From contig CAVPOM010000015.1 of assembly GCA_963707025.1 (NCBI GenBank), positions 64,001 to 128,000 of the forward strand: 64,000 nucleotides of DNA, given 5' to 3'. Position 1 is the first letter of the stretch. Each line of letters starts with the position of its first letter. The stretch is from an uncultured Verrucomicrobiae bacterium. Its GTDB lineage: Bacteria > Verrucomicrobiota > Verrucomicrobiia > Limisphaerales > Palsa-1400. The position numbers were made by a program, and so were the translations under genes. The notes below the pieces were generated by a model. That model did no database searches. It worked only from the letters and a program-made list of their open reading frames with translations, and had not been told where the DNA came from. Shown here piece after piece: positions 18,255 through 27,680 of the stretch.

Positions 18255-19064
18255 TCAGATCGGTTCGAGGTCCGTCGCCTCCATTTTGACGGCGGCGGCC
18301 TGGCCAATGAAGTCCAACCTCAGCAACACCACGTTCATGCCGTAGCGGGCGTCCACGCAGCCTTCCAGGCCGCGCAAGGGGCCGCATTTGATCTTCACGC
18401 GCATGCCCGCCCCGATCGTTGGGGCCACCCGCACGGTGATGGCTGTTCCCTGCTTGGGATTGGAAACCACTTCACACGTTCCTCCCAAAGCGGCGGCCCG
18501 TTCCCGGAGGCTGGACAGGCCGATCCCGCCTTCCATCCCTTTCGCCACTTTCGTGGCTGCGGGGTCAAATCCGCGCCCATCATCTTGGATCTTGAGCACA
18601 ATGGCCTGACGCTGGATCGCGATTCGCAGTCGGACCAATTTGGCGTTGGCGTGTTTCTCCACATTGTTGAGGGCCTCCTGAATTATGCGGAAAAGGCCAA
18701 GATCAACCTTTGGCGGGAGGCGACGGTCAAATCGAGCAAGCCCGCATTTCACCACCAGCCCGGTGCGGGCTTGAAGTTCCTTGCACAAGTTGCGGCAGGC
18801 GGCGTTCAAACCTAGCTCATCGAGGTCGTTGGGGCGGAGGTTGCGCGCAATGCGGCGGGTTTCTTCCAGCGCCTGCACAAGCAGCCTGTGGCAGCGTGAG
18901 AGAAGCTCGCTGGCCGCAGGGTTTTGCACGGAGAGTGTATCCTGGACCCGGTGCAACCTCATCGTGGCCGAGGCAATCACCTGGTTTACACCGTCGTGAA
19001 GTTCACGCGCCACCCGCAAACGTTCGGCCTCCTGCGCCTCAGTGAGCGGCTTCGCCAGCAACAT
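18255..19064 (-). CDS. Sensorless NarX-type histidine kinase core (HisKA_3 + HATPase) fused to a NusG/RfaH-type KOW C-terminal domain
   Basis: QEAERLRVARELHDGVNQ, LRPNDLDELGL, FRIIQEALNNVEKHA, DDGRGFD, GIGLSSLRER, then GMRVKIKCGPLRGLEGCV...VLLRLDFIGQAAAVKMEATDLEPI. Confidence 0.8.
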   Translation of the reverse strand: MLLAKPLTEAQEAERLRVARELHDGVNQVIASATMRLHRVQDTLSVQNPAASELLSRCHRLLVQALEETRRIARNLRPNDLDELGLNAACRNLCKELQARTGLVVKCGLARFDRRLPPKVDLGLFRIIQEALNNVEKHANAKLVRLRIAIQRQAIVLKIQDDGRGFDPAATKVAKGMEGGIGLSSLRERAAALGGTCEVVSNPKQGTAITVRVAPTIGAGMRVKIKCGPLRGLEGCVDARYGMNVVLLRLDFIGQAAAVKMEATDLEPI

Positions 19065-19240
19065 GATCCACCCCAATCTGCCACCCAATATAATAGAATA
19101 GAATTGCACTCCCATTTCGGGCCCTCTAGCCACTTTGCAACATCTTCTGTCCCAATCACTTGCATCTTCTTGCTGGGGGTGCGGCGCCCACAAACCATCA
19201 CCTGCACTGCTTCCGCCCATCACGCCTAAATCCCTACAAC

Positions 19241-20287
19241 TTACGAACCATCATTGGTACCGGTGAAGGAATACAAACTGGTCAGCCCCCCATAGCCAGC
19301 TTGGAACACCGTGCCGTTGCTGTAGATGCCCCCGCCGGAAGTCGTGCCATAGAAATTGCCGTCGCTGCCCTGCACCAGAGCGGCATTTGGATGAAAACCA
19401 GTATCGCCGCCGATGAAACCATAAATAGTGTGCAACTGACCATTGGTGGTGAGTGCGAAGACCGCGCCATAGCCAGCCTTACTGTATGTAGTCGTGCCCC
19501 AAAAATTGCCGTCGCTGCCCTGGACCAGCCCAGCAGCCGGATTTGAGCCGTAATCTAACGGACCGTCCTGCCCGAAAACATACAGTGTCTGAAACACCCC
19601 GCCGGTGCTGATTTCAAATGTGGTGCCACGGCCATAATAGTAGGGCGGAAGATAGTCGCCGCCTCCGAAAGTTGTGCCGTATAAAAGGCCGTCGATCCCC
19701 TGAACCAGCGCACCCCGGGGATCCTTGCCCTGGCGGAAGTCTCCGAATTGATGCAAACTGATCAGCGTACCATTGATGGTGATTCGGAACACCGTTCCCA
19801 GGTTGTTCGTGCCGCCGGGTCCAGTCGTGCCATAGAAATTGCCGTCGCTGCCCTGCAACAGGCCGGCGACCGGATTGGCGCCATCGTTGGTGCCACTGAA
19901 CGAATACAAACTGGTCAGCGTACCATTGGTGGTGATTCGGAACACCGTTCCCAGGTTGTTCGTGCCGCCGGATTCAGTCGTGCCATAGAAAATGCCATCG
20001 CTGCCTTTGACCAGGCCGGCGACCGGATTGGCGCCATCGTTGGTGCCACTGAATGAATACAAACTGGTCAGCGTACCATTGGTGGTGATTTGGAACACCG
20101 TTCCCAGGTTGTTCGTGCCGCCGGATTCAGTCGTGCCATAGAAACTGCCGTCGCTGCCTTGGACCAGGCCGGCGACCGGATTGGCGCCATCATTGGTACC
20201 GGTGAATGAATAAAGACTGGTGAAGACCACTCCGGCCTGGGCGCCAAAAGCTGGCAGAACGAGAGCGGCTGCCAGGAGCAGTCGCAT
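19241..20287 (-). CDS. Secreted GloVer (Gloeo_Verruco) tandem-repeat protein, apparently C-terminally truncated
   Basis: Signal peptide and about six repeats of LYSF.GTNDGANP.AGLVQGSDG.FYGTT..GG....GTVF. Stops at the start of a new repeat. Confidence 0.85.
   Translation of the reverse strand: MRLLLAAALVLPAFGAQAGVVFTSLYSFTGTNDGANPVAGLVQGSDGSFYGTTESGGTNNLGTVFQITTNGTLTSLYSFSGTNDGANPVAGLVKGSDGIFYGTTESGGTNNLGTVFRITTNGTLTSLYSFSGTNDGANPVAGLLQGSDGNFYGTTGPGGTNNLGTVFRITINGTLISLHQFGDFRQGKDPRGALVQGIDGLLYGTTFGGGDYLPPYYYGRGTTFEISTGGVFQTLYVFGQDGPLDYGSNPAAGLVQGSDGNFWGTTTYSKAGYGAVFALTTNGQLHTIYGFIGGDTGFHPNAALVQGSDGNFYGTTSGGGIYSNGTVFQAGYGGLTSLYSFTGTNDGS
19770..20220. repeat. Three near-identical 153-bp coding tandem repeats
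   Basis: For example gaatacaaactggtcagcgtaccattggtggtgatt recurs at 19902 and 20055. Confidence 0.85.
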
Positions 20288-20476
20288 GAGCAGAGGAAAA
20301 ACCGGCTTCCTGCCAGGTACCGAGCTCGGTCATTGCGGAGGATTACTTTCGTCATTGAGTATCGTGATCTGGGCTTTCATATGTGTGAATTCGGATTTCA
20401 TCAGTTCTTATTCAAACCGTCGGACCCTGTTGGAGTCGCTTCCTTGCGAGCCATGAACAGCATTTGAACTGACCAC

Positions 20477-21874
20477 TCATGGCATTCGGAGGCGGTAGAA
20501 GCGTCCAGAAGTGTTCGACTGAAAAGGTTCGCTGAAATAAAACGAACCGTTGCTGAGCGTGTTGGTTTGGAGCGAAGTCCAAACAGGGTTGGTCAGATAG
20601 GTGCTGGCTTCCACGACGATAACCTGACCGCTGGCCCAAGAGATGTTGAACCCAAACTGATTGCTCTGCACGCCAAAGCTTCCGTCGCCAGTCCGGATCG
20701 TTGGGTACCACACGGAGGCAAAACGCTCGCCCCAAGAACTAACTCCGTAGCCGGGCAAAAAATAGGGTTGATAGAACCGGGGGTTCGTTCCTTGCCAAAA
20801 GGTCGCCTGAAAAATGGGAGGACCTCCTTCGAAATAAAGGTTTAGGTGGTAGCAGAACCAGAAGCTGTCTTGGATGTAGACCATGCTGGCGGGAATTGTA
20901 AGGCTGTGAAGGTTGTAGCAGTAATTGAAAGCGCGCTGGCCGATGAACTGGACGCCGTCGCCCATCGTGACGTTTGTCAGGCTCCAGCAGTCATAAAACG
21001 CATAAGGGCCAATGCCGAGGACGCTGCCGGGAATTGTGACGTTGGTCAAGTTGGTGCATCCAGTGAATGAACCACCCCCAATGCTGGTGACGCTCGCGGG
21101 AATCGTCACGCTGGTCAGGCTGGTGCATCCAGAGAAGGCAGAAGCACCGATGTAGTTGACACTGTTAGGGATCGCGTAAGCCCCACCTAAGCCGCCGGGA
21201 TATTGAATGAGCGCGGTTAGGTTCTTATCGAACAGCACGCCATTCACGCTGCTATAAAAGGAATTTTGTGCAGGCACAGCTATCGCAGTCAGGCTTGAGC
21301 AGCCAGAGAACGGTCCATCTCCGATGTAGGTGACCCTCTCGGGAATTGTGACGCTGGTCAGGGGGGTTCCACCGAAGGCTTCGTCTCCGATGGTGCTCAA
21401 GTTGGTGCCGAGCGTCAGATTCGCGAGGCTGCAAGCATAGAATGCATACTCTCCAATGTTCGTGACGCTATTGGGAATGGTGACGCTGGTCAGGTTGGTG
21501 CATCCAGAGAATGAACCATCCCCAATGTTGGCAACGCTGTCGGGAATCGTCACGCTGGTCAGCGCGGTTAGGCCATTGAAGGCACTTTCCCCAATGCCGG
21601 TCACTGAAAGGCTGCCTATGGTTGCGGGAATGATCACAGCACCGCCAGAACCGGAATAACCGGTGATGGTGATGGAAATGCCGTCGGCGTTGGTGGTGTA
21701 ATCGAATTGGGCTTGTGCCACTGCGGGCAGCATGAACAACAACAGCAGTCTCAAGGCGGGGAAATTTCTAACATGCCTCGCTATGATCGGGGTTTTGTAT
21801 TTAAGGATTGTCCTGATGGTTTGGTAACGTCGATTTTTCCGCTTTTTGCCTTCATAATTTTTTCTTCGGTTCAC
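20477..21874 (-). CDS. BspA-type leucine-rich repeat (LRR_5) surface protein (true start probably downstream of 21874)
   Basis: Repeats LTSVTIP.SV..IG..AF.GC, signal-like LLLLFMLPAVAQA, and a C-terminal Verrucomicrobia-type domain (VVEAST.L..P.W...FYRL). Confidence 0.88.
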   Translation of the reverse strand: MNRRKNYEGKKRKNRRYQTIRTILKYKTPIIARHVRNFPALRLLLLFMLPAVAQAQFDYTTNADGISITITGYSGSGGAVIIPATIGSLSVTGIGESAFNGLTALTSVTIPDSVANIGDGSFSGCTNLTSVTIPNSVTNIGEYAFYACSLANLTLGTNLSTIGDEAFGGTPLTSVTIPERVTYIGDGPFSGCSSLTAIAVPAQNSFYSSVNGVLFDKNLTALIQYPGGLGGAYAIPNSVNYIGASAFSGCTSLTSVTIPASVTSIGGGSFTGCTNLTNVTIPGSVLGIGPYAFYDCWSLTNVTMGDGVQFIGQRAFNYCYNLHSLTIPASMVYIQDSFWFCYHLNLYFEGGPPIFQATFWQGTNPRFYQPYFLPGYGVSSWGERFASVWYPTIRTGDGSFGVQSNQFGFNISWASGQVIVVEASTYLTNPVWTSLQTNTLSNGSFYFSEPFQSNTSGRFYRLRMP

Positions 21875-24800
21875 GGGCCCACAGGCGCGGAAGGACCCGC
21901 AATGAGCGCCTTGGCTTCTTTATTGGCCAGCCACCAAATCAGCACGTCGTGGTTGCTCTCATCGTTGGCCAACGGGGGCATTTGTGCGTCGGCTTGGATG
22001 AAGAGTTTTCGGGCTTCCTCCGGCTTTCCCTGCCGGAATAGGCTCATGGCGCGGAACAAGCGCGCGGTACCCTGAATTTCGTGCTTTCCATTCCCCCCAG
22101 CAGTCTGATCCGCGACGGTAAGGGCTCCTTCGGCGGCGGCGTATTGGCCATTCCGATATTCAGCCAGGCCGAGGCTAAGTTGATACCACGGCAAGTCCGG
22201 ATTGCCTTTCCCCAGTTCCACAGCTCGCTGCGCAAGGCTGAGGGCCTTAGCCAACAGAGTGGCGTCGGTGGAAGGCCGCAGGCATGCAACCTTGGCGGCG
22301 CGCTCCGCCGTAGTGGTTTGGTCCGTTCCTTCCGCCTGTTGGACCAGGCGACGGCGGGTGGCTTCATACTCGGAGTCCTGGCCGAACCATGTTTGCCAAG
22401 TGGCAAACGTGAGAGAGGCATCAGTCCTCTTTGGGTCCAATGCGCCAGCCTGCCCCATAAGGGCGATCGCCTCACTGATGCGGCCGGCCCTGAAGTAGGA
22501 ATTTGCCAGGTCGTTCATCGCGCCGAGCGTGTCGGGGTGTTCCGCGCCGAGCACTTTACGGCGGAGTTCCAGCACCTGCTCGCGCAGCTTGAGACCCTCC
22601 TCCTGACGGCCGGCCTCGAAGTAGGAATCCGCCAGAGATTGAATCGCATTGACCATGTCGGGGTGTTCCGGGCCGAGTACCTTGCGGCGAAGCGCAAGCA
22701 CCTGCTCTCGCAGCTTGAGCGCTTCGTCCCGGTAGCCGGCCTGGTCATAGGAATCATAGGAATCCGCCAAATTGCGCATTGCTCTGAGGGTGTCGGGATG
22801 TTCCGGGCCGTTCACCCTGCTGCGGAGCACCAGCACCTGCTCCCGCAGCTTGAGCGCCTCGTCGTGGCGACCGGCCCCGTTGTACGAGTTCGCCAGGTTG
22901 TTCATCGCCCCAATGGTGTCGGGACGTTCCGGGCCGAGCACCTTGCGACGAAACGCGAGCACCTCTTCCTGCAGTTTGAGGGCATCCTCCCAGCGGCCAA
23001 CCTGGTCATAGGAATTCCCCAGATTGTTCATCGCCCCGAAGGTGTCGGGATGTTCCGGGCCGAGCACCTCGCGACGAAGCGCCAACACCTGCTCCCGTAG
23101 CTTGAGGGCCTCGTCCCGGCGTCCGGCGTAATCGTAGAAATTCGCCAGATTGTTCATTGTCCTAAGCGTGTCGCGATGTTGCGGGCCGAGCACTTTGCGG
23201 CGGAGCGCCAGCACCTGTTCCCCCAGGTTGATTGCCTTATCCCGTTCACCGGCGTCGCCATACGAGCTGGCCAGGTTGTGCATCGCACTGAGCGTGTCGG
23301 GACGTTCCGGGCCGGAGGTGGCCAGATAGTAGTCACGAACTTTTTCTCGCAGCGAGATGGCCTCGCGGTAGAGACCCAGCGCGTAGTAGGTATCGCCGAG
23401 AGTGGCTTGGAGTTTTGCGCGCTGCGCGGGCTGGTTAGTCAAATCGGTGTCTAGCTTCTTCACCGCATTACTAAGAGTTTCGACGACAGTGATGGTGCGG
23501 CCATCGTGCGCAGGGTCGGGACTTTGGAACACTTCGGTCAGGAATTTGGAGATGGCTTCAGCTTCCTTGCGAGCGTTCTCCGACTCGATCAATCGCCCAG
23601 CCGCCAGCTTCTCCGCCCGCGTCGCCCGGACAGCCTGCCAGGCACTGACACCAGTGGCGGTCACAAGCACTCCGGCCATCAGCGCGGTGGCGACGAAAGC
23701 TGTCTTGTTGCGCCGCCAGGCTTTTTGCAACCGGTAGGCGGCGCTCGGCGGCCGGGCCACGACCGGTTCGTTGTCCAGATGCCGCTTGAGATCGGCGGCC
23801 AGACCGTTGGCCGTTTCGTATCGGCGCGCCCGGTCCTTTTCCAGACATTTCATCACGATCCAGTCAAGGTCAATTGAGAATTGAGAATTAAGAATTAAGA
23901 ATTGAGAATTAGGGCGCGAGGCGGTGATGGACGCTCGACGTAGGCGCGTGGAGGGGCGTTCGGGTTCCTCCTCCAGGATAATCCGTTGCATCTCCTTGTA
24001 ACTCGCGCTGCGCAATCGCTTCTCTGGGAAGGGCGTCGATCCCGTCAACAATTCGTAGAGCAGCACTCCCAGGCCGTAGATGTCGCTGCGTGTATCCACA
24101 TCCAGGCGGCTCATTTCGGCCTGCTCCGGGCTCATGTAGGCGGGTGTGCCGATCATCGTCGCGTAATTGGTGAAGACCGTCTTCTCGGTCAGCTTTTGCT
24201 GGGTGGCTTTGGCTACGCCGAAATCAATCACCATCGGCACGGGCACGCCGGCGTTGAGGGTGACCAGGATGTTGGTGGGCTTGATGTCCCGATGAATGAT
24301 CCCTTTTTGGTGCGCGCTTTGGATGGCTTGGCAGACCTGAATGAAGAGCTTGATGCGCTCCTGGGTCGGAAGGTGGTTTTTGTCGCAAAACTCGGTGATG
24401 GGGACACCCTGAACCAGTTCCATGACGAAGTAAGGCCGTCCGGTCTCGGTAGCGCCGCCATCGAGCACCTTGGCGATATTGGGATGGTCCATCAAGGCCA
24501 GGGCCTGGCGCTCGGCCTCGAAGTGGGCGATGACCGATTCGGTATCCATCCCCAGCTTGATAATTTTGAGGGCCACGCGGCGACGGACTGGCTCCTCCTG
24601 CTCGGCCATATACACCACGCCCATGCCGCCTTCGCCGATTTTTTCGAGCAGCTTGTAGCGGCCTATCATGGTGCCCGCCTGCTCGGTGACTTGAGCGGTC
24701 GCCACTAAAGGATGGCGTTCCGGGTCCGCCAGAAAACCGCCCGCCGACTCCTTGGTTCGCAGGAGTTCCTCGATATTCGCCCGCAAGGCCGTGTCGCCGC

Positions 24801-24897
24801 CACAAGCCTGGTCCAGGTAGGCTTGGCGTTGTTCTCCCGGCGCCATCTCCGACACTTCGTCGAAGATCGCGCGCAAGGATTGTCGGGCTTCAGCCAT
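21871..24897 (-). CDS. Hanks-type Ser/Thr protein kinase with TM helix and kinesin-light-chain-like TPR repeats
   Basis: IGEGGMGVVY, VALKIIK, HRDIKPTN, DFG, GTPAYMSPEQ, a TM segment, and 42-aa repeats LGPEHPDTL.AM.NLA.SY. Confidence 0.95.
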   Translation of the reverse strand: MAEARQSLRAIFDEVSEMAPGEQRQAYLDQACGGDTALRANIEELLRTKESAGGFLADPERHPLVATAQVTEQAGTMIGRYKLLEKIGEGGMGVVYMAEQEEPVRRRVALKIIKLGMDTESVIAHFEAERQALALMDHPNIAKVLDGGATETGRPYFVMELVQGVPITEFCDKNHLPTQERIKLFIQVCQAIQSAHQKGIIHRDIKPTNILVTLNAGVPVPMVIDFGVAKATQQKLTEKTVFTNYATMIGTPAYMSPEQAEMSRLDVDTRSDIYGLGVLLYELLTGSTPFPEKRLRSASYKEMQRIILEEEPERPSTRLRRASITASRPNSQFLILNSQFSIDLDWIVMKCLEKDRARRYETANGLAADLKRHLDNEPVVARPPSAAYRLQKAWRRNKTAFVATALMAGVLVTATGVSAWQAVRATRAEKLAAGRLIESENARKEAEAISKFLTEVFQSPDPAHDGRTITVVETLSNAVKKLDTDLTNQPAQRAKLQATLGDTYYALGLYREAISLREKVRDYYLATSGPERPDTLSAMHNLASSYGDAGERDKAINLGEQVLALRRKVLGPQHRDTLRTMNNLANFYDYAGRRDEALKLREQVLALRREVLGPEHPDTFGAMNNLGNSYDQVGRWEDALKLQEEVLAFRRKVLGPERPDTIGAMNNLANSYNGAGRHDEALKLREQVLVLRSRVNGPEHPDTLRAMRNLADSYDSYDQAGYRDEALKLREQVLALRRKVLGPEHPDMVNAIQSLADSYFEAGRQEEGLKLREQVLELRRKVLGAEHPDTLGAMNDLANSYFRAGRISEAIALMGQAGALDPKRTDASLTFATWQTWFGQDSEYEATRRRLVQQAEGTDQTTTAERAAKVACLRPSTDATLLAKALSLAQRAVELGKGNPDLPWYQLSLGLAEYRNGQYAAAEGALTVADQTAGGNGKHEIQGTARLFRAMSLFRQGKPEEARKLFIQADAQMPPLANDESNHDVLIWWLANKEAKALIAGPSAPVGP
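23872..23913. repeat. Heptamer tandem repeat (AATTRAG)x6 in frame within the kinase gene
   Basis: AATTGAG AATTGAG AATTAAG AATTAAG AATTGAG AATTAGG, 42 bp, encoding PNSQFLILNSQFSI. Confidence 0.9.
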
Positions 24898-24942
24898 ATC
24901 TACTCATGCGTAAAATCAAGTTGAAACTGGCCAAAATAGTTT

Positions 24943-25506
24943 TCACTCACCGAATTGCTTCCGAATTTCGCGATGTAACCAGGCCCGCGCAAAGCTCCAG
25001 TGCCGCCGCGCCGTTCGTTCGGGGATGCCTAATGCCTGCGCCGCCTCGTCATTCGTAAGTCCGACGAAAAATCGGAGTTTGATAAATTCAGCGGAGTCCG
25101 GGTCTTCCTTCGTGAGTTTCGACAGTGCCTCATCCACCTGTAGCAGCGTGTCGTCGTCCGCCGCGACGGCGACTTCCAGTTCATCCAAGTTCACCCGCTC
25201 GGCTCCCGCGCCGCGCTTGAGGGAAAGCTTCTGACGCGCCCGGTCGATCAGGATGCGGCGCATGGCCTCGGCGGCTGCGGCAAAGAAATGCCCGCGCCCT
25301 TCGAAGCGGGTGCTCGGGTCTCCCACCAATCGCAGCCACGCCTCGTGAACTAGCGCAGTCGGTTGCAGCGTGTGGCCCGGCGGCTCTTGCGCCATCCGAT
25401 GCGCCGCGAGTTTGCGCAACTCGTCATACACCAGCGGCAATAATTCCTCGGCGGCCTTGTGGTTGCCACCATCAATCGCGCTGAGTATTTGGGTGACGTT
25501 GGACAT
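24943..25506 (-). CDS. ECF sigma factor (Planctomycete/Verrucomicrobia kinase-associated type, TIGR02999-like)
   Basis: MSNVTQIL...LLPLVYDELRKLA...TLQPTALVHEAWLRL...AAEAMRRILIDRAR...LRFFVGLT..EAA. Directly upstream of the kinase. Confidence 0.93.
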   Translation of the reverse strand: MSNVTQILSAIDGGNHKAAEELLPLVYDELRKLAAHRMAQEPPGHTLQPTALVHEAWLRLVGDPSTRFEGRGHFFAAAAEAMRRILIDRARQKLSLKRGAGAERVNLDELEVAVAADDDTLLQVDEALSKLTKEDPDSAEFIKLRFFVGLTNDEAAQALGIPERTARRHWSFARAWLHREIRKQFGE

Positions 25507-26435
25507 GGCTTTGATGGTAGCTGGGAACGCCACCTTTTGCAATGCAGAGGCCCATATCCCCGCCGGAACACCAAAACGCTTTTCCCCTTCACCCTCTAAA
25601 AAGCGTTCTCGTGTCACGGCCCCAGGCCGGACTGTTTTCAATTCTCCACGCGCGCGCCCTTTTACCCCCGCGCTCCGTTCCGAATTGCAAACAGACCGGC
25701 ATTGGAAAAGGCGGTGCAGTCGCGCCACCCAATTCCGTTGAGCAGGCGCTACTCAACAGTTGGCCGCGATTCTCGCCGGTTTACCCGAAAGCCAAACCCT
25801 CAAGAAATTCCTCGTCTCCAAAATCCGCCCCGGCCACTGTGGCTGCGCAGCTATCCTCGAACTGGAAGAAGCGGCATAAACGTCCACTTTCCAGTATCTG
25901 AAAAAAAGTGGCGATTTTCCGGTTGACTTAATGAACAGGCATATAATGGAGGTATGTTTGATTTTGCGATTACAATGTGGCTTGGAGGGAAAGACGCCGG
26001 CGCTTACGTTGGCCCTTCCCGCGATTGGGTAGAGACCTACGCGGCTCCTCCTGTCCCCGCTTCTAGTCTTGGTGCCGATCCAAACACGGGGCGCGAGATC
26101 AACCTACCCCGTCTTTCTCCAAAGGAGACATCCCGAAAGGACTCCTACGACGGTAGCGGACCATGGCGGTTGATTCAGTGCCCTGCGGGGAGAATTGCGG
26201 GGAAAGTTTCAGGCGTTGACGACAAAAACGCCCAAATCAGCTTTGTTTTGAGAGAACAGCCTGATGTAAAGGAAGACTTTCACCAAGCGGATAATTACGC
26301 CAAACAGAATTGTAATATGTTGTGGCAAAGCATGTTACAAAGTTGCGCTGAACCCATGAAACGCATACAAACCATCGCGATTGACCCGAACCATCGCGTC
26401 TGCGGGGTGATTTGCCGGGACAAAAGGAGGCTTTT

Positions 26436-27680
26436 ATGGCGTGGGTAGAAAAGGGTCCATCAGGGACTTACATCGGGAGAGGCCGGGACAAATATCAGAT
26501 CGGCTTCGAATTTGATACCAAGGTGCCCATCGAACCCGAAAACGCAGACCCGCAGGATCTCCCGGCGGCGCGAAAGGAGAACCACGAACGAGCCCAGGAA
26601 TCCGCAACGATCATGGAACGCTGGGTTCGAGGGAAAATCCCCAAAGAGGAGTTCCTGGCTAAGATGGGCTACGTCGCCGACCGGGTCACAGGTCAGGCCA
26701 CCAAAACAGCCATATCGCTGTACCTGGTCCGCTGGCTTTGGGAGTGGTGCGTCAGGAATCGGCTGCATCACAGCAAAGTCCTGAAGCTCTGCCGCCTCTT
26801 CAACAGCCTGCTTGATAACCTGGGCGGCCTCGCTCACAAAGACGCGAAGACTCTCAACGCCAAACACCTGGGTAATTTCATCTTCACCCGCCGGGCCGAG
26901 GGTTATTCCCCTGCGGTCATCAATGACGACATCAATTATCTGAAGACCATGGCTCGAGACCTCGAACGCCTTACCGGCATCAATGTGGCCGAGTTGTTGG
27001 AAGTAGAAGCCCAAGAGACGCAAGAAAGGCTTCCCTACAAGTGGTCTGAGATTTTGAGGATATTTGAAGCGCTTGATTCTCTTGGACAACTTGGCCGTGA
27101 ATGGAAGACCCTGCTCATGATCATGTTGTATACGGGTCTTCGCCCCTGCGATGCCGCCTTGGTCACGCGGAAGCAGATTGATATCGAGATGCAGTTGATT
27201 CTGGTTGATCCCAGCAAGGTGCGCCGCTACAAAAATGGCAAGAGTCCTCCCAAACCGCTTCACGATGCACTTTTTGTTTACCTGGACGACCTGCTGAAGA
27301 GATTTCCGCTGGAGCCTGACGAGTTCCTCTGCCTCAATTGTGCAAACCGCAGCACAAAGTCGATCACCTACTCCTTCAATCAAATTCTCAAAGCTGCCGG
27401 CGTGTCCCAGTCCGTAATCAAAACGGATTATCTTCAAGGAAAGTTCAGCCAAAAAACACTCTACTCATTTCGTCATACTTTCAACCTCTTAATGACCGCC
27501 GTCGGCGCGGACAGAAAGGAACGCAAGACAGAAATGGGTCAGAAAACGGATGAAGCACAGGGTTACTATGAGCATGACCAGGAACCCGAAGTCATTGCGA
27601 CGCGCCGCAAATTGCTCAACCTGTTGCCGCGCGTGCCCATATCCGTTGGGGACGATACTCGGATTTCCGAAAAAACATGA
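26436..27680 (+). CDS. Tyrosine recombinase/integrase with non-canonical catalytic box II
   Basis: GGAGG RBS, YTGLRPCD (Arg I), LYSFRHTF (Tyr at the usual His), MGQ...AQGYYEH (catalytic Tyr region). Confidence 0.85.
   Translation: MAWVEKGPSGTYIGRGRDKYQIGFEFDTKVPIEPENADPQDLPAARKENHERAQESATIMERWVRGKIPKEEFLAKMGYVADRVTGQATKTAISLYLVRWLWEWCVRNRLHHSKVLKLCRLFNSLLDNLGGLAHKDAKTLNAKHLGNFIFTRRAEGYSPAVINDDINYLKTMARDLERLTGINVAELLEVEAQETQERLPYKWSEILRIFEALDSLGQLGREWKTLLMIMLYTGLRPCDAALVTRKQIDIEMQLILVDPSKVRRYKNGKSPPKPLHDALFVYLDDLLKRFPLEPDEFLCLNCANRSTKSITYSFNQILKAAGVSQSVIKTDYLQGKFSQKTLYSFRHTFNLLMTAVGADRKERKTEMGQKTDEAQGYYEHDQEPEVIATRRKLLNLLPRVPISVGDDTRISEKT

Noticed and set aside
25923..25947. TTGACT...TATAAT sigma70 promoter
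   Set aside because: The spacer is only 13 bp, so it cannot be called a canonical promoter.
25954..26448. 164-aa ORF upstream of the integrase
   Set aside because: No motif, it overlaps the integrase RBS and an IHF-like site, and its coding status cannot be supported.
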